NCBI GenBank assembly: GCA_002633005.1
Contig: NMRA01000538.1
Span: 62,001-126,000 of the forward strand
DNA length: 64,000 nt
Direction: 5' to 3'
Source: Phoronis australis
Taxonomy: Eukaryota; Animalia; Phoronida
This document shows positions 20,937-35,900 of this stretch, one piece after another; within the stretch, counting starts at the first letter, position 1; each line of letters opens with the position of its first letter. Under the pieces are notes generated by a model. That model saw only the letters and a program-made list of their open reading frames with translations. It was not told the DNA's origin and did not search any database. Made by a program: the position numbers and the translations under genes.

Positions 20937-23900
20937 ATGGGCATGGACGGCGACATGGCTAAAAACCCTAATGGTCAAAACAAGGGAGTAAACACTGTCG
21001 TGGAGGTGAAGAGTAAGGTAAGTCTGAATTTACGGGAACTCCGCCCTCGGAGTCTGACTGAGTAATTCGAATGGACTGAGTGACACACTCTTATCGGAAT
21101 ATCACTTATCATCGTCACTGTTCTGTCCCCTGACTCTGTTATGTTACTGTTTTCTGTTCTCATTTTAAGTCTACTTAGAAGTGCCTGTATAAATGCTGTG
21201 AGTGTAGCATAAGAAAGGAACGATGGAAACTATGGTGTGGGGACCAGATCTCCATGATCGGCACCGGTCGGATATAAGAGAACCAGTTCCATCCGCTATT
21301 AATGGGCCTGTTATTCAGTGATTGCCTGGTTCTCTTGAACAGGTACTGCTATATTCGACCAGTGCCCCCATGATCAATCCATGCACCATGAACGTCTGAT
21401 TGAAACTGGTGTTCTTCAAATTGTCACCACTCCACTCACCATTATTGTCTCTGAGAATTTGTAGTAGGTCAAGTAATTGAAACTGTTTGGATACAGTTCG
21501 TAGCTCTTGATTTTGGGAATCAGAGGAACCAGGCTCTTGGTTCCCTAAACTACACCAGATACCACAAAATTCAGCCAGTGATGGCACTGGTCTGTTATAT
21601 ATCGGATTTAGAGAACCATGCAGTCGTCGCATCAGGCTGGTACTCAACGAATGAAACTGGTTCCTAAAATCAGGGAGTGCTATATCTGACCATTGCTGGC
21701 ACTGACAGTGAACATAGCCAGCTTCAGAATTGTTGTACAGACACTAGACAGCCATTTTGAATAGAGTCCCATCTACTTAGCTTGAACCCATACACCATGT
21801 ATTATCAGCATGGACTACTTAGGGGGAGGTATTCGTATGTTCACTTTTAGCATTGTTGTTGTTAAAATCTGTTTGTCCACTATCTCACATAAGAACTGGC
21901 ATTAAAATGTTTAGGAGTGGTTTGTTCCAAGTTAGTCACATTTTGGGAATGGCCTAACATACTTTGGTCAAAGCTTATAACTTCATTTTAGTCTATCCCA
22001 TCCAAAAGTATTTATAAAAATAGGTTTTTGGCTGTGAAACTGATGATGTTCCTTAAAGCTTATATTCAGAATGGGTAAATGAGTGTAAAGCATGGTATAT
22101 GTCAAGAACTTTTTGTGTTAAATGTGTCCTTGGTTAGTTTTGCCTTCTCCATGTTCATGTGTTCATAGTTTATGTGTAATCTCTACCACGCTGTTCCTTT
22201 TTACTTTAAGCAGAACAAACTTCCTATGAGTCAGTTAGATTACCAGGAACTGTCTGATATCTAAGTTGAATGTTATACAAGTGATTTAGTTTTGTTTTGC
22301 GTATAGTAGTTAGTTTTTAGAATCTGATACTCGTTTTAAAAAGGCTTGTTTAAAAATTGTGTTCAGGATAGTGATTTTGTCCTCATATTTCTCAGTGGAC
22401 TTGAATTAACAACTGTTTTCTTCTACATTTTAAATGATTACCCAAGGACAAAAGCACATCAGGTGTTAACCAAGTATAACCCCCCCTTCTTTCTTTCCAA
22501 GAGGATCTCAAATTTATCCTGTGGATAGTATTGTTGTTCTTTGGCCTGGTTCCTGACTGTGGCTTGCAAGTCGACACCACACCCTTTGTTCTGCTTTTGT
22601 TTTGATCTACTCTTCACATCTCTCTGTTATCTCTCTCTGAATCACCAGCCCAAGTGTTACAGCTAACCAACAAGTATCTTCAGCTATCCTGGATGTTTGT
22701 AAGTTGAGAACTCTGTTGACACTGCCTGGTGATAAGGCTGAAGTGTAAACAGTGGTGTTTGGTATTTTATTTAGTACTACCTGAATTCAAACAATGGGGT
22801 GATATTTTAATGCGTTTCAAGTAATAAAAGTACATTAAAGCTGCCTTGACCTTTGCCTAGGGAGGTTCAGCTATGACACTTAAATCACTCTGTACTTGAC
22901 AAGATACAAGTTCATCAATGTTCATAGATCAGCACCTATATATCACGGAATGAAACAATGGCCTTGCTGTGTTTGCCAGCCACTTCCATACACAGGGGTC
23001 ATCTGAACCCACCTCCCAATATTGTTGGATTCTTTCGTAATTTCTTGGTATCCTTGAAAACTGTTCTCCCTTTCTACTCATGTGAACCTGTTACACATTT
23101 CCAGCTGTATTTACAATTTACTTCTCATCATTCCTGTTGCACATTTACAGGCTATTAATCCAAAGATGTGTAAAGTGTTAAGTGGGAGGATTCTCAATTA
23201 TGACACTTGTTTATTGATTCAGTTTGGTCAAGCCTGTGGTCTATAATTACATGGAATTAATAGCTCAAGAGGTGCTCCACATGAATTGATGTCATGGTGA
23301 CTTACTAGGTTGGCAGTGGGAGGGGGAGTGTGATAACCCTGAAGCTATCCAGACAAGCTGGTGCCTTGATTCTTTGAGTTTTCCAACAAATTCACTTTTA
23401 GCAGCCAATAGGCTGTGAGAATGCTTGCATTGCACCATGATATTTTTTATGAATCAATACATATTTTGCAAGTAAAGTAACATTTGGCCTGTTGCTTAGT
23501 GCATTATTGTTGAAGTTATGTGGTGATTGAAGTTGTTTCCATTCGTTTTATCCTGTTGGGTATGTATAATGCAATAGTCACTTGCCAGAATACCACTCCT
23601 TTTCCTGCCCTATTTAACCACATTGGTGCTATAGCTTCACAGATGAACACGTTCTTCCATTATTTTGAACTGAAATTGGTCTTGCTGTTTGTCATTCTGG
23701 TACGAATAAATTTTTACTATTTGTGAGACAGAGTTGCAATGCAGTTAGAAAAAATGAATATCTTAGGCACGATAAATCATTTTTCACTTTTCTGTCTGTC
23801 CTCAGAAGTGTGTTTGGCTTCCCTCCATTTCAAAAACTCTCTAGACCAATGTATTTGCATTTTTCAATCTTTGCAAATGAAAAGGGATTGTTTTGGAAAT

Positions 23901-26900
23901 TACGTACCAAGTCTTCTTTTTGTGCATGCATAGGAATGATTTTAGAAGCGGTTGATATTGGTTTAATGAGGATCTGAGGGTCACCTGTCACTTGTATCTG
24001 TATGAGCACTTGTAATGTACAGGAATTCCACTTGAGCCTAGTTACAGCATCAGTAGCTAACAACATTCCTTCAGTAAATCTTTCTAGGATGCTGTATGGT
24101 GGAGTCAGGACAAGTGATATTTTGATATTTTTGATATTGTTTTTCAAAAACGATAAGTAGCACATTTTCAGATTCTATATTGTATCTGCCATCACACAAT
24201 GTTTGCAAATTTGCTGGTATTCCACACCAATGTTTGAAGTCTCTAAAAGATGAAGGAAGTGTATTTCTGTGATATTATTTTTTTGTCCAAAATTGGTAAG
24301 ATTTTACAGTTGTATATTATAGTTATTTCAGTATGAAGTTGGTGACGTTTAGAAACTCGTAGGTTAGCTAAAATAAAGTCTCACGAGGTAGTAGGTTCTC
24401 GAAGACCATAGGCAAATTTGGTCATGAAAAGGCCATCCAAATCTGAAAGAGTTTTATTTGGGTCATGTGCGAGGCTTATGAATTATTGACCCAATCCTGC
24501 GTAACAGGTTCTGAGATGTTGTGTTCAATTGACAGGTCTGTGAATGAACTGGTGAAGTAAGATTATGTAGAACCCTAGAAAAGTGTACAAACTTGGCTAA
24601 CTTCCGATCATTACATCTCAGTATTTGTAGATTGGATTCATATGGAATTTTCACACATCATGCTGTTTACACCATTCTCCAAAATACTGTTTGGACTTTT
24701 ATGATATGAAAAAACCTTAACTTGCATTTTAAAACGAAGACAGCTTTAAACGATTTTATCTAGAACACATAATACAAAATTTGTTATTGACACTGTTTTG
24801 GTACGAACATACTTTTCTTTTTTTGCTAAACTTTACTAAAAGGCACGTTGTAACATAACTGCGGTAATGGCAGATTGATAAAAAGTCAAAAATCAAATTC
24901 TTCTCTGGCCTTCTACTTTCTGAAAACACCTTTATAGAGTTGAAAGTATTAGTCTAAATACACAATATAACAGGACTTGTGGATATGGTGTGGTACTCCT
25001 CCAAATTGAATTCACATTGTGGTTGGATGACATTGTTGTCTAGAAAATTATATAAGTTGGCCATTGAGTCACCATTCTGTAGTCTGTTGTTATGTGTTAA
25101 GTGCATAAGGTCTGAAGACAGACATGTCTAGTGTGCATATTCAGGGAAGACAGATGTTCAATGCAGATGCATTTATAAAGTATCAATTTTAGATAAAGCC
25201 CTCAACCCTACTGGCAGAAAAGTAAAATTTTGCAACATTTCTTGTCTTCAAAGTTCTGAAATCACTTATTTGGTATATGTGCACAAGTTAGTCAGGGCGC
25301 TTGATTTGGCGACCAACCGGCAGGTCTCTAATGCAACCTCAGACAATGTGCACTACTGATCGTCTTGATATAATGCAACCTCAGACAATGGGTACTACTG
25401 ATCCTCTGATATTTCCTTAGGCAGGAGGTGATGTTGTGCAGGGCAATGGGCCCAAGGGAGAAATTGGCCTTTGCTGATTGCTCAAATGATACACTTCTAA
25501 TATTCTGTTTGGTTGAAAAGCCATCTAGACAATTGCCCAGTTTGCTGTCTCTTCAATTCAGATATGGGGCTTTTTCATTTCATACTGTTGACAGCTTTGT
25601 GTCATTTGTAAGGGCCAGGACACACCACCATAAACAGACTTGAGCTTCATTGTTTTTTCAAGCTCATTTCCCATTGGGTGACCTGATAATTTTGTCAGGT
25701 CGCATTTGGCAAGTTGGCATTATACTAAGCCTCAAGCCCTGATAATAACGTTCATTTGCTGTATTTTCAATTTCTCACCTGTCACTTGAAAACGTTCTAG
25801 GATAGGTAATTTAAACATCAAGAAAGAATCCCCTAGTGATCTTGCAAAAAGTCTCTCCTGTGAGAAAAGCTCTTGTCTTTTAAATTTTGCATTGCCACGT
25901 GCCACATTCAGCCATGGATTTTAATCTAGATGTTATGTGAGGAGGGTGGCCCTTTGTTGTCAGTTTGGCAAGAGAAGTCTGTTGACAAATGATCCACTTC
26001 AAATATTTAACGGTCCTTTTGATTATCAATTGTGAAAAAATATTGATATCTTGCCAACATTTTCATGTACTAAACATGCAAAACAATCCCAAAACATCCC
26101 CGCGAGTGTTTTTCGAACACTATTTCTTAAAGAACTCCTATGGTTGTACCTATTTTTATTATAAAATCTGTCTATGTATTGCTTTTGTTACCCAGATAAA
26201 CACTTTCTAAATAACTGCTTTGTAAACGTACAGTGCAACACTATTCATCTAAAAACAAAACGATTCACCATGTATCTATCAGTAATGGCTGTGTACAGGT
26301 ATATACACTTCTATGTGCAGTGATATTCATGTTGTTGCCCTGTTTCAAGGACTGTGACTGTATGGTCCATGTTGGAGCTGTGCTTGTTCATCTAACTAGT
26401 TAATCTGTGTATGATCTTGTGCTGGCCACATTCCATACATTCCTTGCTGTTTCATATACATTTCTGTCATTGATATGTGTTTGAAGTGAAGCTAATATTA
26501 TATATTATTACTCACACTGGTTCAAAATGTATCATAACAGAGGAGACCTTAGATGCATTGTAAACTAGCTTAATAGTGTTTATAAGTTTTGTATGGGTTT
26601 GTTATATTCTTTATTTTCCCGTTGTCAAAAGTTCAATATCACTGTATGAACATTAAGTTGCCATCTGATCCTATATACCATGAGGTATTTAATTGACTGT
26701 GTTATATTTGTGAGTACAGACCTCAGTCAAAAGGAGGCATTTTGTGGTACACAGGGCCCCCCTTGGAAAGTAGTGAAAACTGATGGGGTTGTCCTCATTG
26801 TAAACATCAAAATAAATTAAAAATTCAATTAGATTAAAACAAATGTAAGTTGTTAGATCAGCTTCTCTATAAGTAGTATGAGGGACTTAAAATGAAATTA

Positions 26901-29900
26901 TGGGACAATTTAATTGTAAGCCTCACATTGTATATTGTGGAGTTTTCAGAAGTTTGATTTTAAAGCTAGCTGTGAATGCAAGTTTCAGGAATGTTCCGTT
27001 GTTATTAATTGTAATCTGTAACTGCGGTCATCAATATATCGTCCAATAATACGTAACTGTTTGTTACCAATGACTCAAATTGGCACATTCTGCTGTCATT
27101 TGTCAATCTCACCAAGTAGATTGTCTGGATTGAATCACAATACTTTGAATTGTGGAAGATATTGATTGTTCAAATAACACATTGGCCTTGGTTGTACAAC
27201 ATCACGCTTATTAAATGTTGCACTTGTTGTCGAAATGTTGGCCTCTTTGTGTCCATCTAAATTCCATTTTCCCCTCTGTTTTGTAATTTATTGACTGATT
27301 GAAGTTCATTGTCTTGGTCTAATGCAATCTGGTCTGTGGGCAGACAACAACAGTACATTTGCTGTTGAATCTCGTTAATTTAGGACTCAATATGGTCGGC
27401 CAGTGAAACATTAGTTTCACATTTTTCCATGGAAAATACATAGCACTATACTGATATTTTTCCGTGTTCAAGTTCTGTAGTCTGTACCAAAGCGTCCAGC
27501 TGACAATGTTTTTGAGAAATTGTGGACACTCACAGCATGTCAGAGGCCCCTGAAAATTCAAGAAAGGGCAATTTTAACAATTGTTTTTGCATTGCAAAAT
27601 TTTTAAGTCTGGTCGGCACAACACATGTGGCCACATCACGAAATTTGTGAGTTTACTGTATGATATGGTGATACATTTTTTACTTTATCAGTAGTAATAT
27701 CACGCTCAGTGGTGTCCTTTGAGAGAAACTTAAGCTATTGCTTGTGTGGAAATATTGAAAATTCTTTCTTGATGTAAAAGCATGGTGTCTCCTGTTATCT
27801 ACACCTGTAGCGAATTTCCCTAATCCAATAATTCATTGCCATTCAGTGACAGCTGTAAGTGATCACTTAAGTGAAGCTGTAACATTTGGCTTGTGGGAGG
27901 TAGCTCCTGCTGAAAACATTCCTCCTTCATTTCATCAAAAGTTGGTGAAAAGATTTGCTTGTATATGGTCTTCCATTATGGGAGTTGGGAGCTTACAATG
28001 GCCATGTTCTCATAGGAAATTCCTAGCTGCTCAACCTGAGATTTGTTTACAATAACTAATAACTTTCTGCACTATTTCCTATCTACAGAAAACCCATTAT
28101 TGTTTGGAGAGGGATTGATCAATTGAAGATTGCCATTGCATGGTAACATTTTATGGTGACCTCTATTGACCGTAGGTGGTGGATGCATCTGTTATCACAG
28201 AAATCAAAAACAACAACCCTCAAAAATTTACCAATCCGTGTCATGCTTTGAGTATTTTTTTTGCAATTTTACATGAAGTGGTTGGTGAATTGTTGAGTCT
28301 CAAGTACGGTACAATTTGATAGTCACAGCCTAGAGAATGTGGCATGTTACACTTAAAAATCATCTTTTTGGTATTTTGGTACCCATGGCCTGAAACCACC
28401 TATCACAATTGGAGTTGAGTCCTGTACTAAGCCTGTTCATCTAGGGGGAGAGGGGACTGATGACGGATCTGAGATGGTGGTAATTATCTGATCTGTGTGG
28501 AACTAAGTTTTGATAGAATCTTATCAATTTGGCAGTTTGCCATAGAAGTGGAATCTCATAAATTTCTGGCCAAGTTGGATAGTTGAGTGACCTCGATAGC
28601 TAGATGTTTTATGACTGGAGAGCAACATGACATGTGATGGTATAGTGTCATTGCTGTTACCCAGCAAATAATTCACTATTGCTCTGGTTCACTTTCAGTT
28701 TGACGCCGAATTCCGTCGTTTCCACCTTGACAAGACAGTGATGGTGAAATGTACAGACTTCTACAGGCTGGTAGAGGACCTTCATAAGTTGCAAGACATT
28801 CCTTTCCTCATCAACTATACAGACCCTACACATGGGGACCTGCTACCCATCAATAATGATGAGAACTACATGAAGGCATTGACAACAGCCAGGCCTTTGA
28901 TTAGGCTGCAGGTTCAAAGAAAAGGTATGTAGTCAAGGTAGATGAAGCTGGGATGTAAAGACTGTGAGAAACATAGTATCCAAAATGTTTCATTTAGGAT
29001 AGCCCAGAAATGCTATGTCGTTTCTAGTTTCTTTATTTTGTTGAGTTTTTAGCTATGAATGGAGGGTGAGCCATGTCCCGCCCCCCCTTTAATCTTCTTG
29101 TGGTCTGGAGTTATGAATTCCCAGTAGTAACAGGAGAGATTTTATAAGTGGCCTTGCATCATGAAAAGCTTTTGATGCAAAAATGTGCCTGTATGTCACC
29201 TAGTACCCTCCAGACAGGAGTCGTTGGTCTTTCTTTACCAGGGATAGTCCTGGACAGGGCCTTTGCGCTTTTGCGTATAAAAAAACAAAATGGCACCCGT
29301 ATATTGTAGTATCATGTCCCCCCTGGTGCATCTTTTAAAACACAACACTCTTCCAAAAACGCAAGATTCTAGTCATCTTACTTATAGTGTGTTCTTATTC
29401 TGTCACAGGTGAATAGTCTGTTTGATGTATTTGTCAGATTGCCTCTCTGTAGGGAATTTTTAAATAAAAATGCAACTTTTACATGAACATGACTCTGTTG
29501 TTATTTCGGTTGCCTCTGGGATTTCTGTTTCATTTGTTACCACTTTAATAACATGAAGTCTGCTGGGAACAACTTTTTTAAAAGGCACTCTTTTTTGCCA
29601 GGTGCACCCACAGGGCACACGTTCAATCCTGATCAGAAATATCCCTGCTTTACTATTGGTCTGGCAAAGATTTACTCAATGCATTACACTCTCACAAATG
29701 TAGCATTCAGTATGGTGGACATGTGAATTTCTTTTCATTTTACTTCGTTAAAGACACGAGTACCAGCAAGTAATGCTTGATCGCTTTTAAGTTCTATCCA
29801 AACCTGTCACTGGGAACTGATTTAGGAAATGTCATTATTTGCAGCAATGCTATAAGCCTTAGAAAATTTAAAAAGTTGAGTTTTCGCTATTAACTTTGTC

Positions 29901-32900
29901 CTAAATTAATGAGGTTTTGTCATATTGAGGCAAATATAGTGAAGACAAAGACTTCAGAAGGTAATGCTGAACTTCCTGGTAGTTTATCTTGTTATACATT
30001 ATATCTTCTGATTTTGTCCTCCTGTTGTTTTGGTTTGAGTTTGAAGTTGTTTGTTGTTGTTAGCATTGAGATGAGGTCAAGATCACTTGTGTCAGATTTG
30101 ACAATTAGGGCACTTAATCCTACTAAAAGCTTGAAATCTGCAATAAGTTAGAGAGTTTGACTGCAGTTGATAAGGAAAGTGCAATGAGCCATGTTACACT
30201 CTGTATTTAATTATAGTTCAGAAGGTATCAGTCAATTACAGGTCTCCTTGCATTTTGATAACCAGTTTTCTTCACTGAATAAGAGGCATCAAACTGATTC
30301 TCAAAATGGATCACCCCTGAAAGTGTGTGTCTATTGCTGTTTAGCCTTTAATGAGCAGCAGACAGCCAGACTGTGCAAACTGTGATCTCCACCCAGGACT
30401 TTATGTATTTACTGTGAAAATAAACACACCATCACTGGCAAGGAAACCCATGATGGTTTTATGAGGGCCTTGTCTGACAACTGGCTGCAAGGGTCTGATT
30501 GTGAGGGTTTGTTGTGGTTTTTTGTCTTGGACTACCAAATGGATCATTAGGTTTACAGGATGGACCAAATAGCACCCAATGCTATTTTTCGCCTTAAGTT
30601 TACGTTTTATAATATTTCACATATCTTTAGGTGAAGCTGGACTGAGAGATTCTTGTGACACCAATATGGATCAAATTGTACACAGCAGTCAAGATCTATT
30701 TTTTCTACAATATCTATGCTTCTGGCACAGACAGCACAGGCAGGCACATTTTAGTTGGAACAGTAGACTTGATAGAGGTGCAATTGCATATTTTGTGACC
30801 AAATTACGTGAAGTGTAGCACTAACTACCCAGAGGTCACAGATGTCGACCTATTTTAGCCAGAACTCTCCCGCCCCTTTTCAAATTCAACAATCCAGGGT
30901 CATTTTCAATTCTGCTTGAATGCGATAGGTCTTCCTCTGTAAAAGTTGTGTTTTAAAAAGAAACTTAACAAAGGTCTATATCTGAAAAATCCTCATAACT
31001 GATGACCTCGAAATGCCAATTTCTTGTGACTGATGGCGAGCTGGTCTATTCGGCTTTCTTCAAGCGGTATGGTATCGTAACCAGAGTAATGTTGGGAGTT
31101 CTGGCTGACAAAGATGGACTGCTGTGACCTTTATTGGCATTTGCTTCATTTCCGGACTCTTGAAATGTGGGCACCTGAGGTTTCAAAATATTGCCTTCAC
31201 GGTCTTAGCAATTTTGTAGAAAAATAGACTTAACGATTTTCATCTGTGCTACTAAATGTATTGTCCAACACAGTCCAGGTGAAAGGAAGATCCCTGGCCT
31301 GCTGTCTGTACCACAATACTGGAAGATGTTGAATGATTTAGAAAAATTAGAGCACCTTTTGGATCACCCTGTACCCTGAAGTGAATCCAGTGTGTGCAAG
31401 TGATGTGATTCTGATTTTTTGTGCGTAAAATTGATGAAAGGTTACTGTAATGTTTTCCAGAGAAGACTTTTCAAATAGTCTGATGGGGAGATTTCTTTTG
31501 CATTTTCTTTGACACAAGCATTTTTGACCTGTAGTGACCTTAAATGGTTATTTTTCTAGAAGGGAGAAGAAATAGGTAATACTGTGCATTGTGTTAACAT
31601 TTTGTTCCTAACATAACACTGGGGGCAGGGGAGGGGGGGGCTTCATGTCATGATGTTGTCTCGTTCAAATATTTATAATTCCTAATCTGTTGGTTTTCAT
31701 AAACGTACATGCTTCACGCTGTATGGTGTGATTGACGCATTTAAAACTCTCTCAAGAGTTGTTATGATCTATAGTTTTAACAATTAAATTTAATATGGAA
31801 TTTTGTGTGTGAATGTGAATGCTATTCAAAATTAAAATATTAGTATAGAGAGTGTTGTTCTGATAAAATGATAGTAATGTTTTTCTGTTTCCTGAGCCAT
31901 TAGCAGATCACCAGATCAGAGTTCAGAAAAGATAGAAAATCATTTCAAGTTGCAGTGTATTTGGTTTGCTTGGGAGGTCATTCAGTTTCCTTACTGTTTC
32001 TCAGCTATAGCAATACTGGGCACTCCTTTCTGAGTTGTCCAGGTATTGAATGACCAGAAACTGTTTCAATCACCACCAGCTTGGTTCACCACTGTAATCA
32101 ATACAGGCCAGTGTAAACATTGCCTCACCATAGATCACTTTGATCTGCTCAACCTTGACAAGACTGTGGTCACCAGTACAAGAGTGTATTGTCCACAGGT
32201 CTTGTCCATCTTCTGTCCTAAGTAATGGCTGCTACCACACAGTTTGATTGTAGGGGTTTCTACAATTTCATGCATCATATGTTTGAACAATAACCTGTAG
32301 AGCCAATGATTTTCATGTGGGTGAATCAAATGTTAATTCAGAATATTCAAAGAAATACCAAGCAGTTGTGCTCTGCCTGTTTATCCATGTTCCTATACCA
32401 GTTGTGCTCTGCTTGTTTTATCAGTGTTCCTATACCAGTCTGCTGAGACTGTTGCAGCGAAGTTTTTTTCTTGTGCATTATTCACTATTTGCTCACTTTG
32501 GTGGTACTGCAAAAAAAAAGCGAAGTACTTTTGTAAACTTTGTGTACAGTAAGTACTAGGTTTGTGTCAAATCCATTAACTAGCCGGGGAAACAGTGCAC
32601 AAATCAATTCTCTGTTCTATCGTTCTAAGCCATGAAAGTGACTGCGATGCCTCACAGGATGCTTCCCGTCTCTCAGTCATGTGACTTTCATTTCTTGATT
32701 CCAAGTATTTTGCTCCCATATCTCAACAGTTTCAACATGTGTGTCTTATGAGTCACCCCTGTCTCATTGTTCATTCCTCATTATTAGTACCAGTTCAAGT
32801 ATTATCCACAAGTTATGGAGAGTGATACTTAACATGCCTGCAGCTCTATAGTGGCACTGGGAGCCTGTCTCTTCATAAGTTCTTGGGATAGAGAGTTGTT

Positions 32901-35900
32901 TGTTGAAGCTATGTTTTGTCTGCTGGAAATGTGTGTTATGATTTGAAGCCCCACTATGACTTTTTGTTGTATAAATCTGGTGTATGGTTGGAATACATTC
33001 TCTGTGTTTTCCCCAAACAATGTTGCCTTCGTTCACTTGTGTCTCGTGTTTTTAAGTGAAATTAGTCATTAGTAGTCTAGTAGCATCCATAAAGTTGGTT
33101 ACAATTCTTTCTACAATTGCAGCTGTTATGTAATCGTTGTTGTTCACACCTACAGTTAAAACTGTTATAACCTTAGTTTATGGGTTTGGGTTGCTAGTTG
33201 TCACTGCTATGTTTTTTGGATTGCCGTGGTGCACCATTGTTTCCAACAAGATTGACAGCAGCGCCACCTACTGAGTTATAACTTTTCCAACTGTCATATG
33301 TGCACAGAAAGTTGCAATGGTTATTACCTCTTGCTAAACTACTGTTACAAAGGGTTATAACCATGCTACACTTCAACTTTTAAGACTTGTTTTAAAGTGT
33401 TCAGACTGAGAATTATAACCTTTAGTCAGTTTTCAAAGTTAAACGACTTTTGTGTGAACAGTATATTAAATTTTACATACATTGTGTTCAGTGATGGTAA
33501 GCTTGCCTTCCATCACTAAAACAACCTTTGATAAAGACTAGTCACCAATACGAAATTGGGGAGGAGGCAGTGTGGCCTAGTGTGATGGTGCCCGCCTTCT
33601 TTATCCGAGGTCGTGAGTTCGAGTCCCACTGGGCCACACTGCTAAACCCTTAGTCAGGTTTCTAGCTCCTCAGCTCGGTTTTAACTATATATTAATAAAG
33701 CACAAAAATATTTCCAGGTGAACATGGCCTGCGCACTTCTGGTACAACGTGTATCAGACCACCTGCAGTTATTTTTTTTTATCAATACGAAATTGGTCTC
33801 AATTTGTTGGTAGTTAAATTGGAGGCGATTTCAAGGTTTGCGAAGAACTGACTTCATTATTTCTTGAAACATGGCAAGTTACATGGCTTTTCACAAGTCA
33901 TCTCATGCGCTGAGTGTGGTCTCAAGGAATAACAAACTGTCCGTTCTTTGTACACCCAGAAATAACTTTAAGGAATAAGCTGAAGCCAATGTTATAATGA
34001 TAAGGGATCAAAATCAAAACTGCCGCTTCTTGGGTTGAACGTGACTTTATACCATAGTCACTTTGTTTTCTCTAAAAGTTTCTGTTATATAAGAACACAA
34101 CACATAACAGAGGCACAATTTTTATCTCAGCACGAAAACAACTGAAAATAATCTCCTCTTGACAGTAACAAAGTTCCAAGATAAAATATTAATGTTTTAT
34201 CTTTGGGGCTCAGACGTCTCCCATTTTTGAGGTCAATAGTGTCTACGGTCTCTCAGTCTCTCGTAACTAATGTAACAAGTTCACTGAAGTCAATGGTAAA
34301 AATGAGCTGTTCAGTTGGCTTAGGCTTTCATTTTTTCTGCTTAGGGAAGCCACTCTTGTTGCTAACGTCTCTCAGAAATACTGACTCCCAATGTCTAACT
34401 CGATATGGAGAAAGGAAATTGACAGACGTTGACACATCCTAATCAAGTCTATAAGTCGGAAGATTATTAACAAATTATGCTGGCTTAACTATCAGAATCA
34501 TTGTACTTTATGTACCCTTTGAGTGTACCGTAATCGTTCGGGTTAACGCCCATGCTCAGTTAACCGCCCACCCCTACTTTAGGTGGATTTTCGATTTAAC
34601 CGCCCACTGCTCGGTTAACCGCCCCCCTGCTATTTTTGAAGATTTCCAATTAAGCGCCCACCTCTCGGTTAAGCGCCCATCCCCTACTTTTGACGATTGG
34701 TGATTACCGCCCTGTGCTAATAGGAAACGCGAATCCCCGACCTTTTAGATTAAGATCGATGATAACATTGAGTGCAACGACGGCCTCAGAGACCGCGGTT
34801 TAGCAATGTGAATTATGATACCAGTAACAAATTATTGTAACGGGTCATCGATTAACTTCAAAATGTAATACTTGAACACTTTGTCACTTTCTTTTCTTCT
34901 CATGTTCGCAAACTTTAGGAACCGCGCTGGCGTCTACACCTCCACTTTCAGCCACAATCTCTGCCGCACTGAGTTATCGACTACAGTGCACTATATAAAA
35001 GATGCATTCGAAATAACCAGGTCAGAGAAATGTGACATTGNNNNNNNNNNNNNNNNNNNNNNNNNNNNNNNNNNNNNNNNNNNNNNNNNNNNNNNNNNNN
35101 NNNNNNNNNNNNNNNNNNNNNNNNNNNNNNNNNNNNNNNNNNNNNNNNNNNNNNNNNNNNNNNNNNNNNNNNNNNNNNNNNNNNNNNNNNNNNNNNNNNN
35201 NNNNNNNNNNNNNNNNNNNNNNNNNNNNNNNNNNNNNNNNNNNNNNNNNNNNNNNNNNNNNNNNNNNNNNNNNNNNNNNNNNNNNNNNNNNNNNNNNNNN
35301 NNNNNNNNNNNNNNNNNNNNNNNNNNNNNNNNNNNNNNNNNNNNNNNNNNNNNNNNNNNNNNNNNNNNNNNNNNNNNNNNNNNNNNNNNNNNNNNNNNNN
35401 NNNNNNNNNNNNNNNNNNNNNNCCCCCCGATTTCTTGAAATTTCACGTTTAAGCGCCCATGTCTGGTTAACCGCCCACCCCCGATTTTTTGGGTTCGCCA
35501 ATTTAACCGCCCAGGGCGTTAACCCGAACGATTACGGTAGATGGACACCTTTAGATTGGAGGCAATTAAGTCTTTAATTCCTTCCAACTCGAACAAGTAC
35601 TTCCTCAAGTAACGTTTTCTGTCGAGTAGTCCTTCACTCCGTCAATGAAATAGAAGACTAAATGCCATTACAGTCAATGTGCGCGAGGTCCATCGAAACG
35701 TACAGAGAGTTATAAGTTGAGGAGGTCACCTGTCTGCCAGCCATATAGCATCACAGCCGTAAGGGGGGGGGTCTGTCTAGGTAATTGATTTCTTCTCTTA
35801 CCTAGACCGGTAATTGATATCTTCAGATTACAGGTATTTCCAAATAATGTGACAAGAGCATTCTATCTTGACTCAAAGTTTACCATGCCATCTTTGAATT

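Noticed and set aside
33561-33645. Functional tRNA gene
   Set aside because: Acceptor-stem geometry and D/anticodon arms do not fit a canonical cloverleaf; treated as a SINE-like head.
34872-35577. Long ORFs of 151-188 aa (also 13783..14178)
   Set aside because: Artefacts of translating through N gaps.
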